A stretch of DNA of 63,880 bases, filler included, from Vicugna vicugna (Eukaryota): the NCBI GenBank assembly GCA_013265495.1. It is 77 parts of 74 records of this genome, joined end to end, with 100 filler letters (N's around TTAATTAATTAA, not from the genome) between each part and the next. Parts side by side here need not be neighbours in the genome. Positions count along the whole stretch, not along the records: positions 36,169 to 36,683 come from MU060809.1; positions 36,784 to 37,499 come from PNXW01016143.1; positions 37,600 to 38,373 come from PNXW01016154.1; positions 38,474 to 39,219 come from MU060813.1; positions 39,320 to 40,092 come from MU060814.1; positions 40,193 to 41,066 come from MU060815.1; positions 41,167 to 41,878 come from PNXW01016161.1; positions 41,979 to 42,742 come from MU060816.1; 69 more parts are not named here. One strand, 5' to 3'. Made by a program: the position numbers and the translations under genes. Shown one piece after another: positions 36,169 to 48,989 of this stretch. The first letter of the stretch is position 1. Each line of letters starts with the position of its first letter. The notes beneath the pieces were generated by a model that saw nothing but the letters and a program-made list of their open reading frames with translations, was not told the origin of the DNA and made no database searches.

Positions 36169-36683
36169 AACACTGACTATGGTTTCTCAGTGTGTTTCCT
36201 AGTGCCGGTTTGACGGGCCTTCCTGTTTCACTGTAAAACCGAGTTGAACCTTGTACCTCCCCATATATATGTATGGAGTGGAGTTTGCAACTGAAAAGAA
36301 ACTTTGTGTTCCCTTCAATCTAGGTGAAGTACGGCATTCACACACACTTATCTCTCAGAACTGAGCATGTGGAGAGACGTTCCTTCATCCAGCACAAAGG
36401 GAACGGGTTGCAGGAGAAACACTGACTCTGGTTTCTCAGTCTGNNNNNNNNNNNNNNNNNNNNNNNNNNNNNNNNNNNNNNNNNNNNNNNNNNNNNNNNN
36501 NNNNNNNNNNNNNNNNNNNNNNNNNNNNNNTTGCAACTGAAAAGAAACTTTGTGTTCCCTTCAATCTAGGTGAAGGACGTCTTTCACACACACTTATCTC
36601 TGAGAAATGAGCATGTGGAGACATGAACGTTCATCCACCAAAAAGGGAACGGGTTGCAGGAGAAACACTGACTCTGGTTTCTC
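36169..36683 (+). repeat. SatC 249-bp satellite
   Basis: AACACTGACT at 36169 and 36418 (period 249). Confidence 0.94.
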
Positions 36684-37657
36684 NNNNNNNNNNNNNNNNN
36701 NNNNNNNNNNNNNNNNNNNNNNNNNNNTTAATTAATTAANNNNNNNNNNNNNNNNNNNNNNNNNNNNNNNNNNNNNNNNNNNNTGCCTTAAAGATAATTT
36801 CTTGTTTGAAATTACTGAAAAGTTATTTAAAATCCTTACTGTTCCTTCATAATATAACCAATGTTTTAGATGAAGAAAAGCAAACTTGTTAATTTTTAGT
36901 CCAAATTAGTAACAAAAAACAGAAACACCAAAATATTGTGGTATTGTAATGACAATTTTTTAAATTTCTGAAACCTAGGACTATTTACATATCTGTTCAA
37001 TAATGTGTTAAACAGCCATTAAAAGGGATTTAAAAGATTTATATTTATTCATATGGAATATATAAAAAAAGTATATTTATTGATATGGAATATATAATAA
37101 AAAGAGAAAGAAAAAAAATGTGAAATAATAATTTTCCTTTTTGGAAGGGAAAAATATCATCATTTGAACAAAAAAAGTTTAGAAGGATTTTATGATTCTT
37201 TATGGTATAATTAAGTTACAGATGATTTTTAATTACACTGTTCCTTCTTTTTCAATTTTGGGGGTAACTTTTTATAATAATAAATCTTTAAAAAGGTTCT
37301 TGCATAAATATATTAATAGATATATTTATGACTATATTCTCTGGCTATTTAAAAAGATCTCCTAACTATGGATCTGAAACATACATTCCATTATGCAGAT
37401 TCTGAGTGACTCGCCTCCCAGCCCACAGCGAAGGCACGAGGGAAACATGTCACAGCTAGGGTGACATGTTTCAAATACCATTCCAAGCAACATGCAGGCN
37501 NNNNNNNNNNNNNNNNNNNNNNNNNNNNNNNNNNNNNNNNNNNTTAATTAATTAANNNNNNNNNNNNNNNNNNNNNNNNNNNNNNNNNNNNNNNNNNNNG
37601 TAAATGAAAACTCAGAAAAAGTGGTCCTTCTCCTTCAGCAAATGTGAGGTAGCCTGA

Positions 37658-37700
37658 TGTGTGTGTGTGTGTGTGTTTGTTTGTGCACGTGTGTGTGTGT
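37658..37700. repeat. (TG)n microsatellite, interrupted
   Basis: TGTGTGTG...TTTGTTTGTGCACGTGTGTGTGT. Confidence 0.9.
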
Positions 37701-39339
37701 AAATCAAATACAATCAAGTCTGGGATGTGTACGGTTTTTTTAATGTCACTGTCATTTCATGGGGATGAGCCAACATTTAAAGTAATTTGAATCTGGTGTT
37801 CTGAGAGATTCTCAGGCACTTGGTGGAGGAGGTGAAAGAGAAGAGTAAAGGAGGAAAGACGTACATGAAGCAAAGAAGTAAGAATACTGCCAGGGAAAGG
37901 CAAGACGTTAGTTTTGCTCTTCCTTGCACCACATATAAATTAGGGACTCGCTTTCCCCTGATGACTTACCGAGCACTGAGTTGTAGAAGAAGAGGCGACA
38001 GCCCCTTTCTCACTGAGCTTGTGACTGTACGTGGCATCTTATAGACACAAATCATTTACCCTGATCAAACACTCTAGCAGCAGGCCGTAATTCTCCTGTT
38101 TTGAGAGACAGTTCAAACAGGATGTATAACTTGACAAAAGTCAGAGGACCAGTAAACTAAAGAGGATGAATTCAAACTCAGATCTGAATGCAGAGTCTGA
38201 CCTTCCCACTCCCAACTTAACACACAGTCTCCCCAGCTCCTCTGCAGTGTTCCTGGCACCAAGCATTTCCCATGGCAATGGTCACCAGTTCTCACAGACA
38301 CAGCGCTCCGTACAGCCAATGACCTTGGTCAGAACTTGATCATCTACCTGCCACGCCCACCAGGCTTCACCATNNNNNNNNNNNNNNNNNNNNNNNNNNN
38401 NNNNNNNNNNNNNNNNNTTAATTAATTAANNNNNNNNNNNNNNNNNNNNNNNNNNNNNNNNNNNNNNNNNNNNAAACAGATTAAAGCCGATAAACTGAGT
38501 ACAAATACCCTCAATAAATAAAAAATCCTGCAATGCTTTGAGCAACTTACCGTTAGGGAATCAAAATCACGTGGACGCAAAGCTCTTGAGCATGTGAATA
38601 TTGTGGGTGGGAGGGTGTCATTAGAAAAGTGTTGAGAAAAGGACTTTTGGTTTCCCTTGACGTTTCCAGTAAGGATGGGGAGCAGAAGTGAAAACCCCCG
38701 GTTCACATTAGAAGGTGCTGTTTTTTGCAAAACTGACCAAAGTTTGGAGAACATTCATCAGTGGTGCTGGCAAATGAAGAGGCTTCTGGATTGGGTGGGA
38801 CACGTGCTGTGACTTCCAGGTGACCTGCTGGCTGGGGGCTGTGAGGCGGGCAGTAGGTTTGCACGGTGGCCCGGGCATAATCCCTGGGTCTGAGGCTGCT
38901 GGTCTGACTAGCAGACCTGGGCACCCGCAGTCCTAATGGGGCAGCTCGGGATGTGGCGTGGGACACCTGCCCTGCTGAGGGCGAGAAGAGGGNNNNNNNN
39001 NNTGTCCCTGCAGAGAGTGGAAACGTCCTCCTGCAGGGGAGGAAGAGCCTCTGAGCAGGGGACCGGATGCACAGGCAAGACCAGCCTGAGCACAGTGGTT
39101 TTGGGAAGCCGGAAGTCATACAATGGCCCGACCAGCCTTCTTCCTGCCAGACTGGAGGGAAAAGGTGCCGAAAATCAGGCTAGGATCAGACACTGTGGTG
39201 GGTTATGAGTGACAGGGAANNNNNNNNNNNNNNNNNNNNNNNNNNNNNNNNNNNNNNNNNNNNTTAATTAATTAANNNNNNNNNNNNNNNNNNNNNNNNN
39301 NNNNNNNNNNNNNNNNNNNTTTGTTTGTTTGTTTGTTTT

Positions 39340-39510
39340 TTCATTTGGAGATACAAATTCCTAATCAGATATATGAATTGAAAAAATTTTCTCCTGTGTG
39401 TTGTTTTTTCACTTTCTGGATGGTGCCCTTTGAAGCAAAATTTTAAATATTGATGAACTCCAATTTATCTCTGTTTTCATTGTTTCTTGTTCTTTTGGGG
39501 TATTATTTAA
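39340..39510 (-). mobile_element. Old L1 ORF2 fragment
   Basis: GATACAAATTCCTAATCAGATATATGA ... TTTGAAGCAAAATTTTAAATATTGATGAACTCCAATTTATC. Confidence 0.7.
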
Positions 39511-40192
39511 AGTCTGAGGTATTATATTTAAACTTTTATATATAAAATAACTTAATTCATAGGACAGTTCTAGGAGATGGGTGCTGTTGTCCCCAGTCTA
39601 TGGATCGGAGACTGAAAGGCAGAAAATGTCACTGACATATCAGTGTCACAGCTACCCAGTGCTGTGGGAGTTCAGACCCTCATGTTTCTCCCCAGCATCT
39701 GTGCTCNNNNNNNNNNNNNNNNNNNNNNNNNNNNNNNNNNNNNNNNNGTCTTTCATTTTTTGATTTCTTGTTAGTTTGTTTTCTCATTGGGGACCTCATC
39801 TCCTCATTTTCCTTTCGGAGATCAGTGTAGATTTATTTTAGGTCTCATGTAGGCAGAAGCATTGCTATTAGTTTACTTCTTTATTACTCACTCTCCGGGA
39901 ATGATTGTTGCTAGTTGAGCTAATCAAGTCATGCTTAAGTCTTTCCTGCTCATGACACTAAAAACAGTCATGACTTACAGAATGCTCAAAGAAGAAAGTA
40001 CTTGATTTTATTTTGCTAACCAATCAAACCAATCAAATAGAAACCCGGGTGTTGACACAGATTATAAGCCCTCCAGAATAGGGTCACTGTCTNNNNNNNN
40101 NNNNNNNNNNNNNNNNNNNNNNNNNNNNNNNNNNNNTTAATTAATTAANNNNNNNNNNNNNNNNNNNNNNNNNNNNNNNNNNNNNNNNNNNN

Positions 40193-41066
40193 GAGAAAAC
40201 TCCACGCAGCTCTCTTCATTCACAGGGGTTCCCTGTTTTTGGAAGTCCGTGAAATATCTTCCCTGACGAAGGGGAGGCAGCCTCTGTCACTGGGATATCC
40301 TGCAAACCCCCCTAGCATTACCTGGCACAGAGAGATTAGGAAAACCTTCAGGGGAGACGAGCTTAGGCATTCCGTTAGANNNNNNNNNNNNNNNNNNNNN
40401 NNNNNNNNNNNNNNNNNNNNNNNNNNNNNNNNNNNNNNNNNNNNNNNNNNNNNNNNNNNNNNNNNNNNNNNNNNNNNNNNNNNNNNNNNNNNNNNNNNNN
40501 NNNNNNNNNNNNNNNNNNNNNNNNNNNNNNNNNNNNNNNNNNNNNNNNNNNNNNNNNNNNNNNNNNNNNNNNNNNNNNNNNNNNNNNNNNNNNNNNNNNN
40601 NNNNNNNNNNGGGCAGGGGAGCATATGCATTCCGTTAGAACCCACGCGCTGCCAACCGTTGGTGGAACCTCCCCACGCTCAGGATTCCGAGAACATTGTC
40701 AGTGCGTGGGGGAGCACGAGAGGCAACTCCACTCAGCTCTCTTCAGTCACAGCTCTTCCCTGCCCGGGGAAGTCCGAGAAATAACTTCCCTGACTTTGGG
40801 GAGGCAGCCTCTGTCACTAGGATATCCTGCAAAACCCCCTAGCATTTCCTGGCAGAGAGACATTAGGTAAACCCTCAGGGGAGACGAGCGTAGGAATTCC
40901 TTTATAACCCAAGCGTTGACGACCGTTGGTGGAACCTCCCCACGCTCAGGATTCCGAGAACATTGTCAGTGCGTGGGGGAGCACGAGAGGCAACTCCACT
41001 CAGCTCTCTTCAGTCACAGCTCTTCCCTGCCCGGGGAAGTCCGAGAAATACCTTCCCTGACCTTGG
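40193..41066 (+). repeat. SatA
   Basis: CCGTTGGTGGAACCTCCCCACGCTCAGG repeated at ~267-bp spacing. Confidence 0.96.
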
Positions 41067-41166
41067 NNNNNNNNNNNNNNNNNNNNNNNNNNNNNNNNNN
41101 NNNNNNNNNNTTAATTAATTAANNNNNNNNNNNNNNNNNNNNNNNNNNNNNNNNNNNNNNNNNNNN

Positions 41167-41878
41167 TTCTGTATTCTATGTTCTGTGTTCTACATTCTGT
41201 ATTCTACATTCGGTATTCAGTATTCGGTATTCTATATTCTATATTGCTTTCTGCATTCCATGTTCTAAATTCTGGCTTCCTCATTCTATATTCTACATTC
41301 TATATTCTGTTTTCTGTATTCTAAATTCTATATTCTGTTTTCTGCTTTCCATGTCTAAATTCTGGGTTCTGTAATCTGTATTATATATTCTATAATCTGT
41401 GTTCTACATTCTGTATTCGACATTCTATATTCTGTATTCTGTATTCTATATTCTACATTATGTTCTGCATTTCATTTTCTCAATTCTGTGTTCTGAATTC
41501 TGTATTCAAAATTGTATATTCTGTATTATGTATTCTATATTTTGTGTTCTATATTCTGTATTCTACATTCTGCATTCTGTATACTATATTCTTTATTCTG
41601 TGTTCTAATTTCTATATTCCACATTCTATTTCTGTATTCTATATTCGAGATTCTGTGTTCTGAATTCTATGCTCTAAATTCTTCGTTCTGTATTATGTAT
41701 TCTATATACTATATTCTGTGTTCTACATTCTATAATCTACATTCTATATTCTGTATTCTGTATATTGTATTGTATAATATTGTATTATATATTCTATATA
41801 CTGTGTTCTGAATTCCTTGTTCTAAATTCTGATTTCTGCATTCTGTATTTTGTATACAATATTCTTTGTTCTACATTC
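41167..41878 (-). repeat. 7-bp satellite
   Basis: TATTCTA/TATTCTG phase; 41542-41878 is a reverse-complement paralog of 31232-31554. Confidence 0.96.
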
Positions 41879-41978
41879 NNNNNNNNNNNNNNNNNNNNNN
41901 NNNNNNNNNNNNNNNNNNNNNNTTAATTAATTAANNNNNNNNNNNNNNNNNNNNNNNNNNNNNNNNNNNNNNNNNNNN

Positions 41979-42742
41979 ATTCTGTATTCTATATTCTATA
42001 TTCTGTGTTCTACAATCTGTGTAATAATTTCTATACTATGTATTCCGTATTCTGTATTCTAAATTCTGAGTTCTGAAATCCATGTTCTAATTTCTGGGAT
42101 CTGTGTTCTGTATTCTATATTCGGTATTCTGTTCTGCATTCCATGTTCTAAATTCTGGGTTCTGTATTATGTATTCTATATTCTCGATTCTGTGTTCTAC
42201 ATTCTATATTCTACATTCTATTTCTGNNNNNNNNNNNNNNNNNNNNNNNNNNNNNNNNNNNNNNNNNNNNNNNNNNNNNNNNNNNNNNNNNNNNNNNNNN
42301 NNNNNNNNNNNNNNNNNNNNNNNNNNNNNNNNNNNNNNNNNNNNNNNNNNNNNNNNNNNNNNNNNNNNNNNNNNNNNNNNNNNNNNNNNNNNNNNNNNNN
42401 NNNNNNNNNNNNNNNNNNNNNNNNNNNNNNNNNNNNNNNNNNNNNNNNNNNNNNNNNNNNNNNNNNNNNNNNNNNNNNNNNNNNNNNNNNNNNNNNNNNN
42501 NNNNNNNNNNNNNNNNNNNNNNNNNNNNNNNNNNNNNNNNNNNNNNNNNNNNNNNNNNNNNNNNNNNNNNNNNNNNNNNNNNNNNNNNNNNNNNNNNNNN
42601 NNNNNNNNNNNNNNNNNNNNNNNNNTCTAAATGCTCTCTATTTTTCATTCTATACTCAATATTCTGTTTTCTACAATTTATTTTCTCTATTCAATATTCT
42701 GTATTCTGCATACTATATTCAATATTCTGTATTCTTCAATGT
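41979..42742 (-). repeat. 7-bp satellite
   Basis: Same heptamer phase on both sides of a gap. Confidence 0.93.
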
Positions 42743-42842
42743 NNNNNNNNNNNNNNNNNNNNNNNNNNNNNNNNNNNNNNNNNNNNTTAATTAATTAANN
42801 NNNNNNNNNNNNNNNNNNNNNNNNNNNNNNNNNNNNNNNNNN

Positions 42843-43340
42843 TTCAAGTGGTCGGTTTCTTCTTGATTCAGTCTTGGTGGACTGTATTTTTCCAGAAACC
42901 TGTCCATCTCCTCTAGGTTATTCATTTTTTTCCATGTAGTTTTTCATGATATTGTCATATGATATTCTGTATTTCTATGTTATTTGTTGTAATTTCTCCA
43001 TTTTCCTTTCTTATTTTGCAAATTTGTGCTCTCTCTTTTTTNNNNNNNNNNNNNNNNNNNNNNNNNNNNNNNNNNNNNNNNNNNNNNNNNNNNNNNNNNN
43101 NNNNNNNNNNNNNNNNNNNNNNNNNNNNNNNNNNNNNNNNNNNNNNNNNNNNNNNNNNNNNNNNNNNNNNNNNNNNNNNNNNNNNNNNNNNNNNNNNNNN
43201 NNNNNNNNNNNNNNNNNNNNNNNNNNNNNNNNNNNNNNNNNNNNNNNNNNNNNNNNNNNNNNNNNNNNNNNCTTTTCTGAGGAAGGCCTGTATTGCCCTA
43301 ATCTTTCCCCTTAGCACTGTTTTGCTGTGTCCCATAAGTT
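42843..43340 (-). mobile_element. LINE-1 ORF2 fragment
   Basis: Minus-strand translation KTVLRGKIRAIQAFLRK ... KERAQICKIRKENGEITT; same region as 31655-32239. Confidence 0.9.
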
Positions 43341-43440
43341 NNNNNNNNNNNNNNNNNNNNNNNNNNNNNNNNNNNNNNNNNNNNTTAATTAATTAANNNN
43401 NNNNNNNNNNNNNNNNNNNNNNNNNNNNNNNNNNNNNNNN

Positions 43441-44149
43441 GGTTCTAAAATCAGACATTTGGCACCAGAAAACACTCTTTGAGCATTTTCCCACCAATAC
43501 ATATGTAATTTACATTGTTTACATTACCATCGAATTCCGTATTCTGAACATGTTTCATGCAACACGGATTGTTCAAACATGCATTTTGAGTAGTGAACAT
43601 GCGCATGACTCATGTTTCAACCAGCAAACAAATTACCAATGCACTTTGAAATATTTACTTTGACTTCGTAACTTCTTCCTATCACCAGTTTCAAGAATCA
43701 CAATTTGATGCCAGAAAAACTCTCTTGGAGCGAATTCTACCCTAGAGATAAGTAATTTGAATAGATTCCTGCAACAAGCAACATGATATTCCCTTTTATG
43801 TACATGCTTCATGCATGATGAATTCGACAAACATGCATTCCTGAGTTGAGAGCATGAGGAATACTGATCTTTCATCCTCTATAAAAGGATCGTTTTCATC
43901 TAGACACGTGTACTCATTTTCACAAGCTTTCCCTAACACCAGTTTCGAATCTTGCTTTTTTCACAGAAAAATACTTCTGGACCGACTTCAACCTAACACG
44001 TATGTAATTAACATGAATTCCATCAACATGGCATTCCGGGTTCCGTAAATGCTACATGCATGACGGATTTAGCAAACAACCGTTTCTGAGTTGTGAACAT
44101 GCGTATGACTTATGTTTCAACCATAAGAGTGTACCTATGCACTTGAAAT
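43441..44149 (+). repeat. SatB with a variant subunit order
   Basis: Three subunit types in series; one subunit skipped near 44085. Confidence 0.93.
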
Positions 44150-44369
44150 NNNNNNNNNNNNNNNNNNNNNNNNNNNNNNNNNNNNNNNNNNNNTTAATTA
44201 ATTAANNNNNNNNNNNNNNNNNNNNNNNNNNNNNNNNNNNNNNNNNNNNTTCTCTCAAATCCAACAGACATGTTCCTGGGGGGAGCTTTTTTTAAATTAT
44301 TTATTTATTCAATTAGCATAATAGGAGAAATGTGCACTGCTGTTAATTTATACATTCATACTTTCTGTG

Positions 44370-44500
44370 GATAAACTGACCAATATTTCTTCTGTGCTTA
44401 CAGGAGTCCGGTACAGGGCAATGGTATTCAGGATAAAAATGTAATGGAAGACACAGTTCCTGCCTTGAAGAGGTTACATCTGGGTTGGGAGATGAATGAT
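44370..44500 (-). mobile_element. L2 3' end fragment
   Basis: AAGACACAGTTCCTGCCTTGAAGAGGTTACATCTGGGTTGGGAGA resembles the antisense L2 tail. Confidence 0.55.
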
Positions 44501-46096
44501 ACATACACGAAACAACTGGGGAAAACACCAGGCTGGATAAAATCAAGTGTTCGGGTGCTTGGAAGGTTGCAAGCACTATAGAGTCTCAGAAACAAGAAAG
44601 ATCACACAAGAAGAGAAATCAAAGAGCAGTTACTTTGAAAGGTATTTCAGGAAGCTGCTCTTCCTGTCTCAGATGTCAGCAGTAAACTCTATGCCTCTTA
44701 TCACCCTGGGAAAAGTTGAGATCAAGACCGTGTGATATTCCACACCTGCCCTGGACAGATCCAGCACTGCCCACTCTGAGAACAGCCTGCCAACCACCCA
44801 GAGAAGGAACTCAACCATGGACTCTTGAAAGTTCTAAAATAATTTTTAAAAATGAAAAAGAAACAATTTCTATTCTTGGTGTTTAAGTTCTTTGTGATGA
44901 ATTATTAACATCACTATACTGGTCTGTGGATTGTGGTTTGGACCTGCTACATCCATAGACAAATTCAGATTCATTTTTGTTCAAATTTAGGAAACTGTTG
45001 TCACAATTCCATAATCTAGTGTGCAGTACACATTTGAATGTACAAGCCAGCTGTTTGGTAGAATGTCCCTCAGTTTNNNNNNNNNNNNNNNNNNNNNNNN
45101 NNNNNNNNNNNNNNNNNNNNTTAATTAATTAANNNNNNNNNNNNNNNNNNNNNNNNNNNNNNNNNNNNNNNNNNNNTACACAATAAATATGGGAGCAATT
45201 GAGAGGCTCGTGGAGTTGGCTTCCTGATTACTATATCACAGCTGTTAATGAATTTTTCCTTTGATTATACACAATAAATATGGGAGCAATTGAGAGGCTC
45301 GTGGAGTTGGCTCCCTAATCCCTCTCGCTTTCTCGACTTTTCCCACAGAGTTTTGAGTAATCATTCCCTGTAGGTAAGACTCTTGCCCGTCGGAACCCAC
45401 AGTTCCATGTGAGAAGGATGCAGACTTTATCTCTCCTACCCGAGGGAGTGAGAGTAGAGGATTAAGATCTGCTCCTCCGTGGTCCTTTCCTGCCCCAGGG
45501 CCACTCCAGTTCACCTGCAGCCTTCTGGCCTCTGATCAGGGCCTCTGTCCCTGGACTGACTGCAGTCTTTTCTCCCCTTGTCAACATTTCCTGGGCTTTT
45601 TAGAAGTTGGTCTCTTCTCTACAATACAAAACTGGCAGATGTGATGGTGGTCAGCGTGCTGGTGGGCAGTCACTTGGGGACTCCCAGGAGCCATGCTGAT
45701 TTTGCTGAGTCTTGCATTCGGGGTTACAGAACTGTCGAGCACCAGAGGAAGTCCATTCACGTGAGACCAGCACAGAATTGCATCATATTCATTTTTTTTT
45801 TGAATTTCCAGTGGAGAAATTATTTGTAGAAAACTGTTCCAGATATCTGGCCGCCTGCTTTCCTCACCACCATCTCATTGTTGGCTCTGGTGCTTGTTTT
45901 TAAAACCAGGTTTCTTCTCTGGTCATTTGTATCAGCTGGGATTGCCCAATACTTGATCTGCATTTGAAGCAGAATGCTGCTTCTTGATGTCAAGCTNNNN
46001 NNNNNNNNNNNNNNNNNNNNNNNNNNNNNNNNNNNNNNNNTTAATTAATTAANNNNNNNNNNNNNNNNNNNNNNNNNNNNNNNNNNNNNNNNNNNN

Positions 46097-46522
46097 GAAC
46101 CATTGTCAGTGCGTGGGGGAGTTCGAGAGAGAACTCCACGCTGCTCTCTTCAGTCACAGGTGTTCTCGGTTCTGGGAAGTCCGAGAAATAACTTCCCTGA
46201 CCTTGTGGAGGCAGCCTCTGACACTGGGATATCCTGTAATCAACCCTAGCATTCCCTGGCACAGAGAAATTAGGAAAAGCCTTACGAGAGACGAGCTTAG
46301 GCATTCCGTTAGAACCCACGCGCTGCCGACCGTTGGTGGAACCTCCCCACGCTCAGGATTCCCTAAACATTGTCAGTGCGTGGGGGAGCTCGAGAGACAA
46401 CTCCACGCAGCTCTCTTCAATCACAGGTGTTCCCTGTTCGGGGAAGTCCGAAAAATACTTTCCCTGACCTTGTGGAAGCAGACTCTGACACTGGAATATC
46501 CTGCAATCACCCCTAGCATTCC
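46097..46522 (+). repeat. SatA
   Basis: CATTGTCAGTGCGTGGGGGAG at 46101 and 46368 (period 267). Confidence 0.96.
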
Positions 46523-46622
46523 NNNNNNNNNNNNNNNNNNNNNNNNNNNNNNNNNNNNNNNNNNNNTTAATTAATTAANNNNNNNNNNNNNNNNNNNNNN
46601 NNNNNNNNNNNNNNNNNNNNNN

Positions 46623-47731
46623 AACAGCCCACTGCTTCTGTAGGCATCAAAATTTCACTTTGTGTATCCATCCGAGATTAGGGAATGGATACAAATTTTA
46701 ATCCTGGCTGTTTTCCTGTGAGTGATAAAGTTCACTGTCTCAGAACGAAAGTCTGATTTCCACGAGAGCATTTGTAAAAATGAAACAGGTTGCTAAAAAT
46801 TTCAGAATGGTAAAATCTCAGAAATCCTACAATTCTTAACTGTTTTACAATGGGAATGCAATACTAACAAAGACTTGATTTTGGGTAACAATGTGGTGTT
46901 TTCTCATGATTGAATTATGGGATGTGAGGATAATTCCTGACATCCAAAACAAACATTCTCTATCAAGTGCTGGGCAAAGAACTGTAAAGTTTCTGCATTT
47001 TTAGGACAGAGGACTGCTTTCAAAATGATGATATGCTCACTCTATTCCAGGTAGTCCAAGGAAAGAAAGGTTATTGCAATTTGTAAATTAAAGGGAATAA
47101 ATCAGCAGTTCAGTCCCTATAAATTAGTCAAGGGGTGTNNNNNNNNNNNNNNNNNNNNNNNNNNNNNNNNNNNNNNNATTAGACATAAGCTTAAAAAGGA
47201 GACACAGTTCTGTGCTGGACTCTTGGGACTGGAGAATGTATATGCCTCTGTCCAATTCAAGGGTTCAGTGGCTTTGCCCTAGCATTAGCTTGGGATTCAA
47301 TTCAATGAANNNNNNNNNNNNNNNNNNNNNNNNNNNNNNNNNNNNNNNNNNNNNNNNNNNNNNNNNNNNNNNNNNNNNNNNNNNNNNNNNNNNNNNNNNN
47401 NNNNNNNNNNNNNNNNNNNNNNNNNNNNNNNNNNNNNNNNNNNNNNNNNNNNNNNNNNNNNNNNNNNNNNNNNNNNNNNNNNNNNNNNNNNNNNNNNNNN
47501 NNNNNNNNNNNNNNNNNNNNNNNNNNNNNNNNNNNNNNNNNNNNNNNNNNNNNNNNNNNNNNNNNNNNNNNNNNNNNNNNNNNNNNNNNNNNNNNNNNNN
47601 NNNNGTTTGCCAATAGGATTTCCCACGTAGAAAACTACAGATGGACAAACAATATACTTCTTTAGGATTTCTAATTTTGAAAGTAAATGGTAGCTTTTAA
47701 CTTATCAGTATAGAACCTTGTTATGTTATGA
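46623..47731 (+). mobile_element. Probable ERV1 LTR 3' end (to ~46841, MER34/MER39-like) plus internal sequence
   Basis: TTTTCCTGTGAGTGATAAAG ... GGTAAAATCTCAGAAATCCTACAATTCTTAAC resembles the remembered LTR terminus GGTAAAATCTCAGACCCTTCACAGTTCTTGACA. Confidence 0.5.
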
Positions 47732-47831
47732 NNNNNNNNNNNNNNNNNNNNNNNNNNNNNNNNNNNNNNNNNNNNTTAATTAATTAANNNNNNNNNNNNN
47801 NNNNNNNNNNNNNNNNNNNNNNNNNNNNNNN

Positions 47832-48737
47832 CATTTCCTCACCATAGGGCCTTGGACTAGAATGTAACCTCTCTTAGCCTGTTGGTGAATATATGAAATG
47901 GGCGCGATAATATTCGTTTCTTCCTGGGATTGTTGTAAATTCTAAAGTGTATTATAGCACACATGAAGCACTTAACTCACTTGCACTAAGCAGTGTTCAC
48001 TGTGCGGCCGCCACGCTTGGCATGTGTCAGAGCCGTAAAGGGAGCATATGTCTATTGAGGACGCACTGGTAGCCCCTTGGCTAGGTTGTGAATTTGGTGA
48101 TTTCCTTTAATCCTTGAAACTCTACGTGACATGGGCAGTTATTTTCATGGACAGATGATGAATCTCAGAGTAAAAAACACTGTGTTATTTGCCCAAACTC
48201 AGACCATAATTTTGGGTGCAGGGGCCTCGGTTCAGCATGGGCCCCTGGGCCTTCTGCCCTCTCCGTTCAGCACCAGAGCCAGATGTGGGTTCAGCTGTCT
48301 CCCAGCCCAGAATATCCGGCAGGCCGCAAGACACACCTGGCCCTGCGCTGCTTGAGCAAAAACTCCAGAGGAGAGGCAGTTAGAAAAGGGATAAACATAA
48401 AAACAGACGACTGCAAACTGTGATCATCTCTGAGAAGGAAAGGAACACGCCTCGCCGTGCAGAGCTGGGGGTTTTCCCGTCGGGGCTGCTCTGGGGGCGT
48501 TCATCTCAGCTAAACAATCTCTGCTGCTGCACGAAGGCAGGAAGGCAGGGCGTTTGTGGCCAGGTAGACAGGGCCTTGTTAATCATAATCACTCCCCATT
48601 CAGCTGCAGCTGTCANNNNNNNNNNNNNNNNNNNNNNNNAACACATGTCTATTCATCACGCACTTTGCTTGGTAGTTTTATTGGCCCCACCATTGAGATG
48701 AGGTAATTGAAACTGGGGAGTTTGCTGCATGCCCGTG
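47832..48737 (+). repeat. MIR remnants (~47890-47975, ~48110-48200) followed by the duplicated segment paralogous to 5164-5590
   Basis: TATGAAATGGG...ATAATA...GGATTGTTGTAAATT...AAGCACTTA is MIR-like; 48306-48737 is collinear with 5164-5590. Confidence 0.8.
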
Positions 48738-48989
48738 NNNNNNNNNNNNNNNNNNNNNNNNNNNNNNNNNNNNNNNNNNNNTTAATTAATTAANNNNNNN
48801 NNNNNNNNNNNNNNNNNNNNNNNNNNNNNNNNNNNNNGCATGTTTTAAAAGATACCTTACTTTTTATTTTTCTTATTGTAACGATAGTATTCATTACAGA
48901 GAATTTAGAAAATATGGATAAACACAATAATAACTTAAAAATGGCCTCTAACCTCACCTGGAGATACAGTTTTAAGATTTGAAATTGAG

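Noticed and set aside
44547..44735. Possible exon with donor AAG|GTATTT near 44641
   Set aside because: No convincing acceptor, a weak donor, an adjacent L2 remnant and no recognisable peptide.
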